From Hypanus sabinus (lineage: Eukaryota): 64,000 bases of DNA. Positions within the stretch are counted from its first letter, which is position 1. Every line of letters begins with the position of its first letter. Location of the stretch: contig NC_082710.1 in assembly GCF_030144855.1 (NCBI RefSeq), positions 173,786,001 through 173,850,000 on the forward strand, written 5' to 3'. Below the pieces are notes generated by a model that worked only from the letters and a program-made list of their open reading frames with translations, had not been told where the DNA came from and searched no databases. The translations under genes and the position numbers were made by a program. Shown here piece by piece: positions 37,271 to 51,325 of the stretch.

Positions 37271-38822
37271 GCCACTCTACGTATCCCCTATTATCATTCA
37301 GTTTTTTTTACTCAGTCTCTCCACTTGAGTGCCCATCTATGCTCTGGCACTGCGACCAGCTTGATCCTTCAATCTCCAGCCTTTGTTGACATCCATAACG
37401 TACTTGTTGAACAAAATGTCTGGTATTGACAAGGAAGAGGCGATCTTACAGAGGTACATAAAGTCATGGGGCAGTGATGATAAATCTGATTCAGATTCAG
37501 ACCAGTGCGGTAGCATAATAATTATAATACTGAATTATCAAATCAGTTAATGACTGAGAGGCAAAGTGGTGTGGTTACAGTCTTTATCACAGGGTAGGCA
37601 GTCAAAAACTAGAGTGCATAGAGTGAGGTGAGAGGAGAAACATTTAAAAAGATCCTGAGGGGAATCTTTTTCATTCAGGGCTGGTAGGTACAAGAAATGA
37701 ACAACTCTGGGAATCTGTAGATGCAGGTATAATGTTTAAAATACACTTGGACATGGACAGGAATGAATTAGAAAGATTTGGCCCAAAAGCAGGTAATTAG
37801 GATTAGCATAGCTAGTCATCTCGGTCAGTGTGGGTGACTTGGGCCGAGAGCCCAGTCCCTGTGCTCTATAACTCCTTGGCTCTCTACAGCTCTATAAACT
37901 AATGAAGAGTGCTTGAGAAGGCTTCAATATTTAGAAAGATGTCCTAAAGTTGTTTAATGCCAGTTGTTTGAGAAGAGAGTCAAAATAGCCCCTTTAGAAT
38001 GTAAGAAATTTGAAGCAGAATGGATTATTTATCATTTTCCTCCATCATTTAAATTTCATCAAATATATCAATAAGGGTGTATTAAATGCTGAAGGAACTC
38101 AGCAGGCCAGGCCCCTGCTCTTCCTCCTGAACTGCACTGATGCATGGCCACACAGTAACTGAGATGCTCCCTCTCACAAGCCTTTGTTGCTATGCAGCAG
38201 GAAATTTCTCTTATATACAACAATAGCATTGCCTCAAAAAGTATCACAGCAATATTGTGATTTCAAATTTGTCATTCCTGAAAAAGTTAAGACTGGTCAG
38301 ATAAGATGACCATGTTGAACTACATGCTTAGAAATAAAGAATTTGAAGAACTGTCAATTCTTGTTGACAAGGTTGGAACATTTCAAATTTCTAGTGCTGA
38401 CAGTGTAGTAGATTCAGTCTTAAGAATTCAATCAAATGTAAATACAAAAACGGACTGGAAGTGGGACATTTAAATGATCCAATGAGGATTAAGACTTATC
38501 TTTCATTGGGATGTGAAATTCATCTGGACAGTGTTTATAGACAATGGATTTGTAATAAAGAGACAAGAAAAGGTTAGGGAAACGTGAAAGATTTTCTTTG
38601 TCGTACCGTATTTCATCATACCCTTCAATTAATAAATAAAAACAGAAGTATTTGACTTTTTAATTTTTGTTCTAAATATTTATAGTATGGATTTTATTTA
38701 TAAAAGATCTGAAGTGATTCTTCACAAGGTTTCCTCTAATTTTTTACAGCCGCGTAAAAATTTCTTGCTAGCTGATAAAGAAAAGGGAACTTTGCGAGGC
38801 AGCATCTATGGAGGGGAATAAA

Positions 38823-38860
38823 CAGTCGACGTTTCGGGCTGGGACCCTTCATCAGGACTG
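38823..38860 (-). ncRNA. Minimal type I hammerhead ribozyme motif in a Penelope-like terminal fragment
   Basis: Minus strand CAGUC-CUGAUGA-A-GGGU(CCCA)GCCC-GAAAC-GUC-GACUG: stem I, core boxes, stem II and GUC cleavage triplet; stem III vestigial. Confidence 0.65.
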
Positions 38861-38970
38861 GAAAGAGACAGCGCCAGGATAAAAAGTTGAAGGGTGGGGT
38901 TACCCTCCACTTTTTTAACCTATCAACTCCTGAAACCATATGACGCGCGATGTTGCCCGTTCCATCTTGA

Positions 38971-39021
38971 CTCCGCCCACTGCGTCGGTTCCCCACCAGG
39001 TCCGCCTGCCGGCTACGAAAG
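38971..39021 (+). promoter_or_regulatory. H4 promoter with GC box, site II core and mutated TATA
   Basis: CTCCGCCC at 38971, CCAGGTCCGC at 38996-39005, TACGAAAG at 39014-39021 where the other H4 has TATAAAAG. Confidence 0.7.
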
Positions 39022-39069
39022 TCATTTCCAGCCAGTGATTACCCGTTCATTTCTCTTGTTGCTGGCTAG

Positions 39070-39402
<333 letters not shown>

Positions 39403-39432
39403 ATCTTAAAGCAGGTATTCTGACAGTTAAAA

Positions 39433-39448
39433 GGCTCTTCTAAGAGCC
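39433..39448 (+). terminator. Histone 3' stem-loop
   Basis: GGCTCT-TCTA-AGAGCC; AAAAGGGC downstream. Confidence 0.92.
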
Positions 39449-40374
39449 ATACACTTAATTAACAAAAGGGCAAAGTACGAAAGCAAAACATCAAAGCAAG
39501 GGTTAAGATCAAAAATTGTTTGAAATAAAAATACTGGAACAACTTCTGAAGAAATTGTTTAGATGTGAGTTTGAAGGTGAACTGGGCAGGGCAAGATCGG
39601 TTGCATGAAAGGCAAATGTTTGTCGGATCTTTACCACATAGCTGCGTCGTTAAAAAGACTGATAAATTTAAAAATATCAGATATAATCATTGAGGACCGT
39701 CATCCAGGACATGCTGCCGTAGTAGGGGTTACAGGAGCCTGAAAACCCACACTCAACGATTCTGCAACAGCTTCTTCCCATTAACTATCAAGAACCACGA
39801 ACACTACCTCATTTTATGTTTTCTATTTGCACTATTTATTTTTTATATTTATTGTGATTTAAGGTCATTTTTATGGAGTGCATTGTATTGCTGCGGCAAA
39901 ACAGATTTCACCACCTATGCCAATGATGATAAACTGATTCTGATTCTGACCAATGCTGTAGCAGTAATTGTATTATTGAATTATCAAGCCTGTTAAAGCC
40001 TGACAGGCAAAGATCACGTCTGAAGCTCTGGAAATTTACAGTACATACATTTTATTAAATAATCTGGACGCTCTCTGCTTAAGATTGTAGCAGGGCCAGG
40101 TTGTTGTAAAATCTCACCCAACATTGTTTTGGGACTGCCTCCAGACTCATAGCCATGCCCATGAATGTCACAAGGACAGAACACACAGTGCTTTAGCGCA
40201 AGATCCATATTTTGGTTAAATTATAATCCGCGTGCCTATCGATTTGTCATTGTCATGCATCGTTGAACAGGGTTTACGGTCCGCCAACTCCGTGCAGACA
40301 ATCAAATATCCACTTATATATACTATATCCCCACTCCCATCAATACTTCCTACATGAAGAGAGAACACATTCAG

Positions 40375-41775
40375 TGGCAGCGATCTTTCAAGAATCGCTT
40401 AACTCTAGCATGGTTCCAGAGGACTGGAAAATTGCAAACGTGACTCCATTCCTTAAGAAGGGAGGGAGAGAAAAGAAAGGAAATTATAAGCCAATTAGCC
40501 TAACCTCGGTGGTAGGGAAAGAGTTGGAATCCAAGTCAGGATGGTTTCTGTGAAGGGATGTCTTGCCTGACCAATCTGTTGGAGTTCCTCGAGGAAATAA
40601 CAAGCAGAGTGGATTTTCAAAATGCTTTTGATAAGGTGCCACACATGAGGCTGCTTAACAAGATAAACCCTGTGGTGTTACAGGAAAGACACAGGCATGG
40701 ATAGAGGAATGGCTGACAGGAAGGGGGCAGCAAGTGGGAATAAAAACAGCCATTTCTGGTTGGCTGCCAGTGACTAGTGGTATTCCTCAGGGATCAGTAT
40801 TGGGACTGCCACTTTTCACATTGTTTGTCAATGATTTGGATAATTGAATTGATGGCTTTGTGACAAAGTCTGAGGATGATACGAAGATAGGTGGAGGGGT
40901 AGGTAGTGCTGGGGAAGCAAAACAATTGCAGCAGGACAGAGACAACTTTGAAGAATGGGCAAAAAAGTGGCAGATGGATTACAGATTTGGGGAATGTATG
41001 ATAATGCATTTGGGTAAAAGGGACAATAGTGGGGACTATTATCTAAACGGGGAGAAGATCCAAACACCAGAGGTGCAGAGTCCTTGTGCAAGACTCCCAG
41101 ACGGTCGAGTCTGTGGTAAAGAAGTCACATGCAATGTTGGCATTTATTTCAAGTAAATAGAATATAAAAAGCAAAGAGATAATGCTGAGCGTTTATAAGA
41201 CACTAGTCAGGCCACACTTGGAGAATTGTCAACAACTCTGCTCCCATAGATCAGAAAGGATGTGTTGTCATTGGAGAGCGTCCAGAGGAGGTTCGTGAGG
41301 ATGATTCCAGGAACGAAGAGGTTAACATATGAGGAGCGTTTGGCAGCTTTGTACCTGTACTCACTGGAATTTAGCAGAGTGCCGGCGATCTCATTGAAAC
41401 CTACCGAATATTGAAAGGACTCGATAGGGTGGGTGTGGAGGGGACGCTTTTTATGGTGGGAATCTCCAGAATTAGATGGCACAGCCTCAGAAATGTGGGG
41501 CGACTTTTAAGAACCCAGTTAAGGAGCAATATTTTTTAGCTAGTGGCTAGTAAATCTGAGGAATGCTCCGTCACAGACTGTGGTGGAGGCCAAGTCTGTG
41601 GGTACATTTAAGGCACAAGTTGATAGTGTCCTGATCAGTCAGGGCATCAAAGGATATGGCGAGAAGGCAGGTGTATGGGGTGGAATGGGGTCCAGAATCG
41701 GCCGTGACGGAATGGCGGAGCAGGCGCTATGTGCTGGATGTCCCAATTCTGCTCCTATGTCTTATGGTCTTATTT
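40375..41775 (+). mobile_element. Decayed CR1 LINE (RT to 3' end)
   Basis: [41 protein letters not shown] and 3' UTR; many frameshifts. Confidence 0.9.
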
Positions 41776-42129
41776 TCGCACTCACCGACACACCAGGGAC
41801 AATTTACCGCTACCAACACACAGAAGGAAACCAAGGAGAACGTAGGCAGGATGAAACCAGGGTTTCTGGCGCTGCGAGACAGTAATTTTACTTGAACAGA
41901 CAGTGGCACCGACTGAGAACATGCTAGTAATCATATTTTTTAAAATAAAAACGTTTTGGAATGAAACATTAAGATTATCTAGATACAAAATTTAGAGGCG
42001 TATACTTGTTTAGGTGTGCTGAAACACAGGACATTTACTGTGACACTGTCTGACGCCTTCATTTGCAAATATTATTCGTCCTGTCACACTGCTGTCAGAA
42101 TCAAGCTGATATTCTGTGTTTGAGCAATT

Positions 42130-42285
42130 CAGATCTCACCATCAAGCAGCGCACCAGGGTCTAGGGTGAATCTGCGACATTATCAGTGTCTGAAGTCGAC
42201 AGAAATCAAGATACAAAATCCTACAATCGGCAGTCGAAGCTGCATCCAAGAAAAGAAAAACTTCATAACAGATTTAGGGCTACAT
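42130..42285 (+). pseudogene. Possible decayed H3 relic
   Basis: Frame from 42181 reads YQCLKSTEIKIQNPTIGSRSCIQEKKNFITDLGL versus H3 [31 protein letters not shown]. Confidence 0.25.
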
Positions 42286-42756
42286 CGAGTCCGCGCCGAC
42301 CTTCGGATTAATCCAATTCCTCACTAATTTCGCTGCGACGCATTTTGTTACTCATGCCTATCAAACCGGTTCTTCTATCGGCGCACACTAGAGTTTGTTA
42401 GCAACCGATTAACTTCCCAGGTGTGGGAGGAAACCCACAGGGAAAACTGGCAAATTTCACAGTCAGCACCTGCGGTCGGGATCAAACTCAGCCTCAGAAA
42501 GTGTGAAGAAGCAGCACTACATAGGCAACTTTTCCTCTCATTTATTTAATTTGCTAAGAAATATACTGTCGAAACAAGAACTGCAATTTAGGATCTGAGG
42601 TTAGATGATTCGTTGCAGATACAGAACGTGATGAGCGTTTCTGACTATAATGTGTCCGCTGAGTAACCTTGCCTTAGGCGCACATTGTTACTGTCAGTTT
42701 TTGCCTGAAGGAGAAAAAACATCCCGTTCCGATGTAATGTATCGAAAACAAAGTGG

Positions 42757-42930
42757 CCAATAGAAACTGACCAGTTCCTATCCCTAATTTGCATACATTC
42801 ACGATGAAGTTTCACCGCCGGGTCGGGTTCGCAGCTTTGCCATCCCAAACTAAAAAGTGGGTGAAAGAAAGTGGCAAAAGGTGAGAGCAGCAAGAAAGCG
42901 ATGAAGCTTACGAAACAAGTCCACCATGTT
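42757..42930 (+). pseudogene. H2B-type promoter with truncated H2B-like relic
   Basis: CCAAT (42757-42761) and perfect octamer ATTTGCAT (42787-42794), then Lys-rich codons and KLTKQVHH (cf. KVLKQVHP); no histone fold after that. Confidence 0.4.
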
Positions 42931-43649
42931 CAACAACCTCTTACTTATCCCCAAATATTATCAACTCTTGTCCATTGTCCACCGACCCGCCTCAGACCAC
43001 AAGAGTGGCAACAATCCTATTGGTTTATAGGAATTAATGCTTATGAATGTAAGGAATTAAAAGGGATTGCACGTCTTGTTCTTGTAAATCATATGTATAG
43101 AGTTTATTTTGTTTGAAAACAAAACTCGATAACTGGGTCCCCGGGATAGGAGACTGCAGCTGGAGCAACAGCCTGCTGGAGAAACTCAGCAACGTCAGTG
43201 GGACGGAAGGAATGGACGTTTCGGGTCGACAACCAGCATCCTCCAGCAGGCTGTCCATTGCCACATCTCCCTGCGCATCACTTCAGAGGTTTCCCGTGTG
43301 ATCCGTTACATAAAAAGTCATGCCATTTCACCTCGAGGGATTCAGAATGCAGTCTGCTTCCCCCAGCTTTGGGAACTGGCCGAACAAGCCGCCTTGGAAG
43401 GGACGGAAGCGATCAGCAAGAACAACATCTGCGAGTGAGATTAATGAACACCATTAAAAATACAAGCAGGGTCTCTGCTCATACTCGAGAATATTTGTAC
43501 CCCCACTAATCATGATAATGGGTGGCCGGGCTTCAGATATTAAGTCACTGAACAGACGGTTTAAGTTACCTCGGTGTTTCAACGTATTCGCAGTCCAAGC
43601 CAAATCGATTTTATTGTCGTGTGCAAACGTGCACTGAAGTACAGCTGCA

Positions 43650-46600
43650 TTAGGAACACAGAAAACCTACAGCACAATACAGGCCCTTCGGCCCACAAAG
43701 CTGTGCCGAACATGTCCCTACCTTAGAAATTACCTAGGGTTACTCATAGCCCTCTATTTTTCTGAGCTCCATGTACCTGTCCAGGAATCTCTTAAACAAC
43801 CCTACCGGATCCACGTCCACCACCGTCGCCGGCAGCCCATTCCACGCTCTCACCTCTGAGTAAAAATAACCTATCCGTGACATCTCCTCTGTACCTACTT
43901 CCAAGCACCTTAAAACTGTGCACTCTTGTGCTAGCCATTTCAGCCCAGGGAAAAAGCCTCTGACTGTCCACAACGATCAATACCTCTCATCACCTATTCA
44001 CCTCTATCAGGTCTCCTCTCATCCTCTTTCGCTCCAAGGAGAAAAGGCCGAGTACACTCAACCTATTCTCATAAGGTATGTCCCCAATCCAGGCAACATC
44101 CTTGTAAATCTCCTCTGCCCCCTTTCTATGGTTTCCACTTCCTTCCTGCAGTGAGGCAAACAGAACAGAGCACAGTACTCCAAATGGTGCAACATTACCT
44201 CTCAGCTCCTAAATCAAACCCTTGGATCATGAAGGCCAATGCACTGTATGCCATCTTAACCACAGAGCCAAACTGTGCAGCAGCTTTGAGTGTCCTATGG
44301 ACTTGGACCCCCTCTGATTCTCCACACACCCAAGATTCTTACCATTAATACTATGTTCTGCCATCATATTTGACCTACCAAAATGGACCACTTCACACTT
44401 ATCTGGGTTGAACTCCATCTGCCACTTCTCAGCCCAGTTTTGCATCCTGTCAATGTCCCATTGTAACCTCTGACAGCCCTCCACACTATCCACAACACCT
44501 CCAACCTCTGTGTCATCAGCAAATTTACTAACCCATCCCTCCACTTCCTCATCCAGGTCATTTACAAAAATCATGAAGGGTTAGGGGTCCCAGAACAGAT
44601 CCCTGAGGCACACCACTGGTCACCGACCTCCATGCAGAACATGACCCGTCTACAACCACTCTTTGCCTTCTGTGGGCAAGCCAGTTCTGGATCCACAAAG
44701 CAATGTCCCCTTGGATCCCATGCCTCCTTACTTTCTCAATAAGTCCTGCAAGGGGTATCTTGTCAAATGCCTTGCTGAAATCCATATACACTACATCTAT
44801 GGCTCTACCTTCATCAATGTGTACAGTCACATACTCAAAAAATTCAATCAGGCCCAGAAGGCACAACCTGCCTTTGACAAAGCCATGCTGACTATTCCTA
44901 ATTATGTTATGCCTCTCCAAATGTTCATAATCCTGCCTCTCAGGATCTTCTCCATCAACTTAACTGCCACTGAGGTAAGACTCACTAGACTAGTCTATAA
45001 TTTCCTGGGCTATCTCTACTCCCTTTCTTGAATAAGGGAACAACATCCGCAACCCTCCAAACCTCTGGAGCCTCTCCAGCCCTCATTGATGATGCTAGGA
45101 TCACCGCCAGAGGCTCAGCAATCTCCTCCCTCACCTCCCATGATAGCCTGAGGTACATCTCGTTCAGTCCTGAGACTTATCCAACTTGATGCTTTCCAAA
45201 AGCTCCAGCACATCCTCTTTCACAATATCTACATGCTCAAGCTTTTCAGTCTGTTGCAAGTCATCACTACAATCACCAAGATCCTTTTCCATAGTGAATA
45301 CAACATTCATTAAGTAGCTCTGCTATCACCTCCATTTCCATACACACTTTTCCACTGTCATGCTTGATTGGTCCTATCCTCTCTTATCTTATCCTCTTGC
45401 TCTTCACATACTTGGGGTTCTGTTTCCAATCTGTTTTCTATCTGTTTCCAGTTTATGCTTCCAATTTCCTGCCTGATAGCCTCATATTTCCACTTATTCC
45501 AATTAAACACTTTCCTAACTTGTCTGTTCCTAACCCTCTTCAATGCTCTGTTAAAGGAGATAGAATTGTGATCACTATCTCCAAAATGCTCTCCCACTGA
45601 GAGATCTGACACCTGACCAGGTTCATTTCCCAATACCAGATCAAGTACAGTCACTCCTCTTGTAGGCATATCTACATACTGTGTCAAGAAACCTTCCTGA
45701 ACACACCTAACAAACTCCACCCCATCTAAACCCCTCACTCTAGGGAGATACCAATCGATATTTGGAAAATTAAAACTCCCACCACAACAACCCTGTTATA
45801 TTACACCTTTCCAAAATCTGTCTTCCTATTTGCTCCTCGATGTCCCTGTTACTATTGGGTGGTCTATAATAAAACACCCAGTAGAGTTATTGATCCCTTC
45901 CTGTTCTTAATTTACACCCACAGAGACTCGGTAGACAATCGCTCCACAACTTCCTCCTTTTTTGCAGCTGTGACACTATCTCTGATGAACAAGGCCACAC
46001 CCCCATCTCTTTTGCCTCCCCCCCCCCATCCCTTCTGAAACATCTAAAGCCTGGCACTTTAAGTAACCATTCCAGCCCCTGAGCCATCCAAGTCTCTGTA
46101 ATGGCCACAACATCATAGCTTCAAGTACTGATCCACACTCATCCACTTTGTTCATCATACTCCTTGTATTGGAATATATATATCTCAAACCATTGGTCTG
46201 AGTGCATCCCTTCTCTATCACCTACCTATCCTCCCTCTCACACTGTCTCCGAGCTTTCTCTGTTTGTGAACCAACCTCCTCTTCCTCCATCCCTTCAGTT
46301 CAGTTCCCACCCCGCAGCAATTCTGGTTTGAATTCTCCCCAATCCTCCCCGCCAAGGTATTGGTCCCCTGGGATTTAAGTGCAATCTGTCCTTTTTGTAC
46401 AGGTCACACCTGCCCCAAAAGAGGTCCCAATGATCCAGAAACCTAAATCCCTGTCCCCTGCTCCAATCCCTCAGCCTCGCATTTATCCTCCACCTCATTC
46501 TATTCCTATACTCACTGTATCTCGAGATTACTACCTTTGAAGTCCTGCTTCTCAGCTTCCTTCCTAACTCCCCGTAGTCTGTTTTCAGGATCTCGTTCCT

Positions 46601-46940
46601 TTTCCTGCCTATGTCATTGGTACCAATATGTGCCACAACCTCTGGCTGTTCTCCTTCCCACTTCAGAATATCTTGGACCTGATCAGAAACATCCTGGACT
46701 CTGGCACTTGGGAGGTGTTTGTTTCCTGTATCCACAGAATTGCCTGTCTGACCCCCTGACTATAGAGTCCCCTTTCACTGCTGCCTTCTTCCTCCTTTCC
46801 CTACCCTTCTGAGCCACAGGAGCAAACTCTGTGCCAGAGGCATGACCACTGTTGCTTCCCCCAGGTAGACCATCTTCCCCACAACAGTACTCAAGTAGGT
46901 GTACTTATTGTTAAGTGGGACAGCCACAGGGTTACTCTCA
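43650..46940 (-). mobile_element. Near full-length decayed CR1 LINE
   Basis: ORF1 esterase-like (HIGTNDIGRK, FLDHWDLFW; 46295-46735), APE (AITETW, LDLVL, GDSDHN), RT (DFSKAFDK, SGVPQGSVLGP, KFADD) and 3' end in the correct order. Confidence 0.93.
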
Positions 46941-47109
46941 ATGAAAAACTTGTTTACCTCTGCATCACAGACACCACATAGAACATAAATTATACATACG
47001 TTTTAGAAAAATAATTTGGATGAGTTAAAAGAGTACAAAGGATTTAGTCTAGACCAGGATGAAATCATAAGCCATAGGCCAGACCACACTTGATTGAGCA
47101 TTGAGAGCA

Positions 47110-47480
47110 GTTTTGTGAAGAAAGGTTGTGCCGGCATTGGAGAGGGGGTTTCCAAGAATGGCCCTGGGATTGAAAGGGTTAACGCATGAGCAGTGCTTGA
47201 TGGCTCTGGGTTTGTACTCACTGGAGTTTGGAAGAATGGGAGGGGTTCTTATTGAAATCTATCAAATATTGAAAGACCAGATAGAGTGGATGTGGAGATG
47301 ACATTTCCTATAGTGTGTGAGTCTAGGATCAGAGGGCACAGCTACAGAATAGAAGGACGTCCTTTTAGAACAGAGGTGAGGAGGAATTTCGGTGGAATTC
47401 ATTGCCACAGGCAGCCGTTGAGGCCAACTCATTGACTGTATTTAAAGTGGAAGTTGATAAGTTTCTGATTATTCAGTGCA
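47110..47480 (+). mobile_element. CR1 3' fragment
   Basis: ALGLYSLEFGRM..LIEIYQILK motifs. Confidence 0.7.
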
Positions 47481-47567
47481 TCAGAAGTGCAGGTACACCC
47501 AGATACTCCCTAACTACATGTGTATGTACACATGTGCCTAAGACTTTCGCACAGTACTGCACATATA

Positions 47568-47570
<3 letters not shown>

Positions 47571-47638
<68 letters not shown>
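47571..47638. repeat. (TG)n microsatellite, ~34 units
   Basis: Perfect dinucleotide run. Confidence 0.98.
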
Positions 47639-47639
<1 letters not shown>

Positions 47640-49899
47640 TTAAGACGTCTGTACAGTACTGTACGGAAGAAGATATGGTCGTATGGCTCATAGTTAGCAG
47701 TGAAAGCCAATTTGAGCCTGGGTTGTAACACACTCTGGCCACCAGGTGGCAATGTCGTACTGCCTATTGATGTGGCCAGCGACAATGTCGTACTGCCTAT
47801 TGATGTGGCCCGTGATGCGGGTCGAACCTCCAGCTGTACCCAGTGTCCTGACAGCTATTGAAGACTCATAGTCATATAGCAGGTTACAGGCCCTTCAGCC
47901 TAACTCATCCATCCTGACTGTGCTGCTCAGTGAGCCAGTCCCATCACGCCTGTTAACCTCTCCTATCCACGTACTTATCTAGGGAGCTTTTAAATGTTAC
48001 TAATGCGCCCGCCTCAACCACGCTGTCTGCCAGCTCATTTCAAATTCCCTTTGTGCGAGGAAGCTGCCCTGATGTCCCATTTAAAGGTATTACCTCTAAT
48101 CTTAAACCTATAGGCTCTTGTTTTCAATATTCTCCATGCGAAAAAAAACCATGTGCTTTAATCCTGTCTGTGCCCCTCATAATCCTTCTACCTCAATCAG
48201 GTCTCCCCTCAATCCCCTATCTTCCAGGGAATGAAGTCCTGTCTGTGCAAACTCTCCTTGTCACCAAGTCCAGGCACCATCCTGGTGATTTTTCTCTGTA
48301 TTATTTCTAATTTAATAACATCTTTCCTTGTTACAGGAGACCAAAACTTTGCAGAGTAGTCCCTCTTCACATTTTTTATGGAACTGTGTCATTATGCCCA
48401 ACTCCAGCAGTCCGTCCGTGTGCTCACTGAGTCATTCATTTCAGCTGACAAGGCATACAGGAGAAAATTCAGGTCCTATTTCTCATCCACTTCCTTGGCA
48501 GTTCATCCTTCCTCATGTTATTTCATTTCAGTTGGTGAGACAGTGAGTCCACAAGCAGCAAATAATGTAAATGAAAATCAAAACAGATGATGGAAATCTG
48601 AAATAAGACAAAACTTTGCAAGCGCGCTGCAGGTTGGGCAGCATCGGCAGAGAGAAATATCTCAGGTTAGCCGTTCATCAGAACTGAAAAAGAGAGAAAA
48701 CAAGTGGGTTTATTAGTACATTATTGTGTTTTGTTTTCTCTCTTTCCCAATTCTGATGGAAAGGCTTTGACCTGAAGTATTAACTGTTTTTCTGTCCCTA
48801 CAGATGCTGCCTGACCTGCTGACTGTTTCCAGCCTTTTATGTGCAGACAGACACATGCACATAGATGCAAGCACGCACATGTGGTCACACACACACGCAC
48901 GATTTACAGTATAAGATGGACAGTCAGTATTTAATCGTGGGCTTGTCAAGTTCCCACCCATTAGCCGCAAGCATACACATAGAGTGGGTGAATCAGTAAC
49001 CACCACCTGAAGTTGAGAACTTGGGTAAATGTGGAGCCTTTAATCGCTTTCATTCAGCAAAACTGTTTGAGTTCTATTCTTTCTATTTCCTTGTGATACG
49101 TGTGAGAGGGTGGGATGAGCAGAATGCATGTCAATTAAACTTGAAGTGGTGGATACAGGTTTGGTTACTACATTTAAGAAAAATTTAAATTAGTACATGT
49201 ATGGAGGGCTATGGTGCAGGTGCAGGTTGATGGGATGAGGTAGAACAAATTTTTGGCATAGACTAGATGGATTTTTGTGCTGTGTGGTTGTATGACTATC
49301 AATTATTAGGAAACTTCAAGTTTGCATCTTAAAGCTGGTTGTTAAATATGCAAAGAGGCTTTATCCCTCTCTGTCTCTATCACCTCCTCTTGCCCAGAGG
49401 CTTCTCTGTTCTGAGTCCATTCTGCCTTGTTCTTTGTCCTCTGTTTGTTGATTGTGTCAGCACAGACTGAGGTTGCACTCTCGGGAGTTGCTTCTGTTGC
49501 CTCTCTCCCTCCACACCTTCCGCCACTCCTGAAAGTCTTGATAGTGCCTTCAGGAACTCTAATAACAGCCTTTGTATCTCAGTGTCAGCTTCTACTGCTG
49601 TGGGAAAGGTAAGGAGATTATAGCTTAATTATATAGGAATGCTGATTAAATCAGAGCTGCAGTTCTGTGTTGAATATTGGTGTCTTATTTAAAGTTCATG
49701 TGCTTGGAGCAGTTCAGGAAGAAGTTATGGAAGAGGTGGCTGACATAGGAAGTTTCTCTCATGAGTAAGGGTTAGGCAGGCTGGGTTTGTCAGAGAAATG
49801 AAACGGAATTTGATTGAACATAGAAATGTACAGGAGAGGAACGCATCATTCGGACCAGTGTATCTGCATCAAACGTGGTGCTACAATGAATCTCCTGCC

Positions 49900-50295
49900 C
49901 TCACATGAAAAGCAAGGATGTAATGCTGCAGCTTTAGAAGATATTTGCCAGATCGCACTTGGAGTATTGTGAGCAGTCATGGGCCCGTGACCAAGAAAGG
50001 ATGTGCTAGCATTGAAAAGAATCCAGAAGAGATTCACATGAATGGTCCCAGGAATGAAGGAGTTAATGTATGTGGAGTCTTTGCTAGCTCTGGGCCTGAC
50101 TTACTGGAGTTTAGAAGAATAGGGGGCGGGGGGGGGGGGGTGATCTCATTGAAACCTATCAAATACTAAAAGGCCTAGATAGACTGGATGTGGAGAGGAA
50201 GTTTCCAAAATTGGGTGAGTCAAGGACCGGAGGGCACAGCCTTAGAACTGAGGGATGTCCCTGTAGAAAAGAGATAAGGAAGTACTTCTTTAGTC
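49900..50295 (+). mobile_element. CR1 3' fragment
   Basis: KDVLALKRIQKRFT and GESRTGGHSLR motifs. Confidence 0.7.
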
Positions 50296-50519
50296 ACAGC
50301 CAAAGTCAAAGTGAAATTTATTATCAGAGTACATACATGTCCCCACATACAACCCTGAGATTCCTTTCTGCAGACAGACTAATCAAATCTATCAAACAGC
50401 AATTGTAAACAGGATCAATCAAAGAAACTGTGGAAGTGCAAATATAAACAAATAACAAGAAATAATGAGCATGAGATCACAAGATAAAAGAGTCCTTAAA
50501 TGAGTATAGTTATCCCCTG

Positions 50520-51325
50520 TTGTTCAAGAGCCTGATGATTGAGGGGCAATAACTGTTCCTGAACCTGGTGGTGTGAGTCCTGAGGCACTTGTACCTTCTA
50601 CCTGATGGCAGCAGCGAGGAAAGAGCATGGCCTGGGTGGTGAGAATCTTTGATAACGGATGCTGATTTCCTACAGCAACTTTCATGTAGATGTGCTCAAT
50701 GATAGGGAGGGCGTTACCCATGGTGTACTGGGCCAAACCTACTCAAAAGGCATTGGTGTTCCCATACCAGACTGTAATGCAGCCAGTCTGCGCACTTACA
50801 TCCACAGATCGGTGGAAGTCTGCCGATGTTTCTGATGACACGCTGAGTCTCTGCAGATTCCTGAGGAAGTAGAGGAGCTGTCGTGCTTCCTTCACAATTA
50901 TATTTATATGGTGGTTCCAGGGCAGGCCCTCTGAGATAGTCACACCCAGGAATTTAAAGTTACCGATTGTCTCCACCTCTGATCCTCCGATGATTACTGG
51001 GTCTTGGACCTTTGGTTTCCCTCTGCTGAAGTGAGGAAATCCAGAATCCATTTGCACAAGGGGGTCATGAGGCCCAGATCTTACTGATTAGTTTTGAAGA
51101 GATAGTGGTATTCAATGCTGAGCTGTAATCGATAAAGAGCGTCCTGATGTTGCATCTTTGCTCTCTGGATGTTTCAGGGTTGTTTGAAGAGCCAATGAGA
51201 TTGCATCTGCTGTAGACCTGTTGCTACGGTAGGCAAATTGGAGTGGACCCAAGTCACTGTTTAGACAGGAGCTGATGTGCTTCAACACCAGTCTCTCAAA
51301 CCACTCCTTCACTGAAGATGCAAGT
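50520..51325 (-). mobile_element. Decayed Rex1/Babar-like LINE
   Basis: FERLVLKHI..PLQFAYRSNRSTADAISLAL, FKFLGVTISEGLPW, TGCITVWYGN. Confidence 0.82.

Noticed and set aside
39524-39529. AATAAA downstream of H4' as evidence of polyadenylation
   Set aside because: Common by chance in this AT-rich flank; needs RNA data.
47402-47785. ORFs with (CV)n or (TH)n
   Set aside because: Translations of the TG microsatellite.
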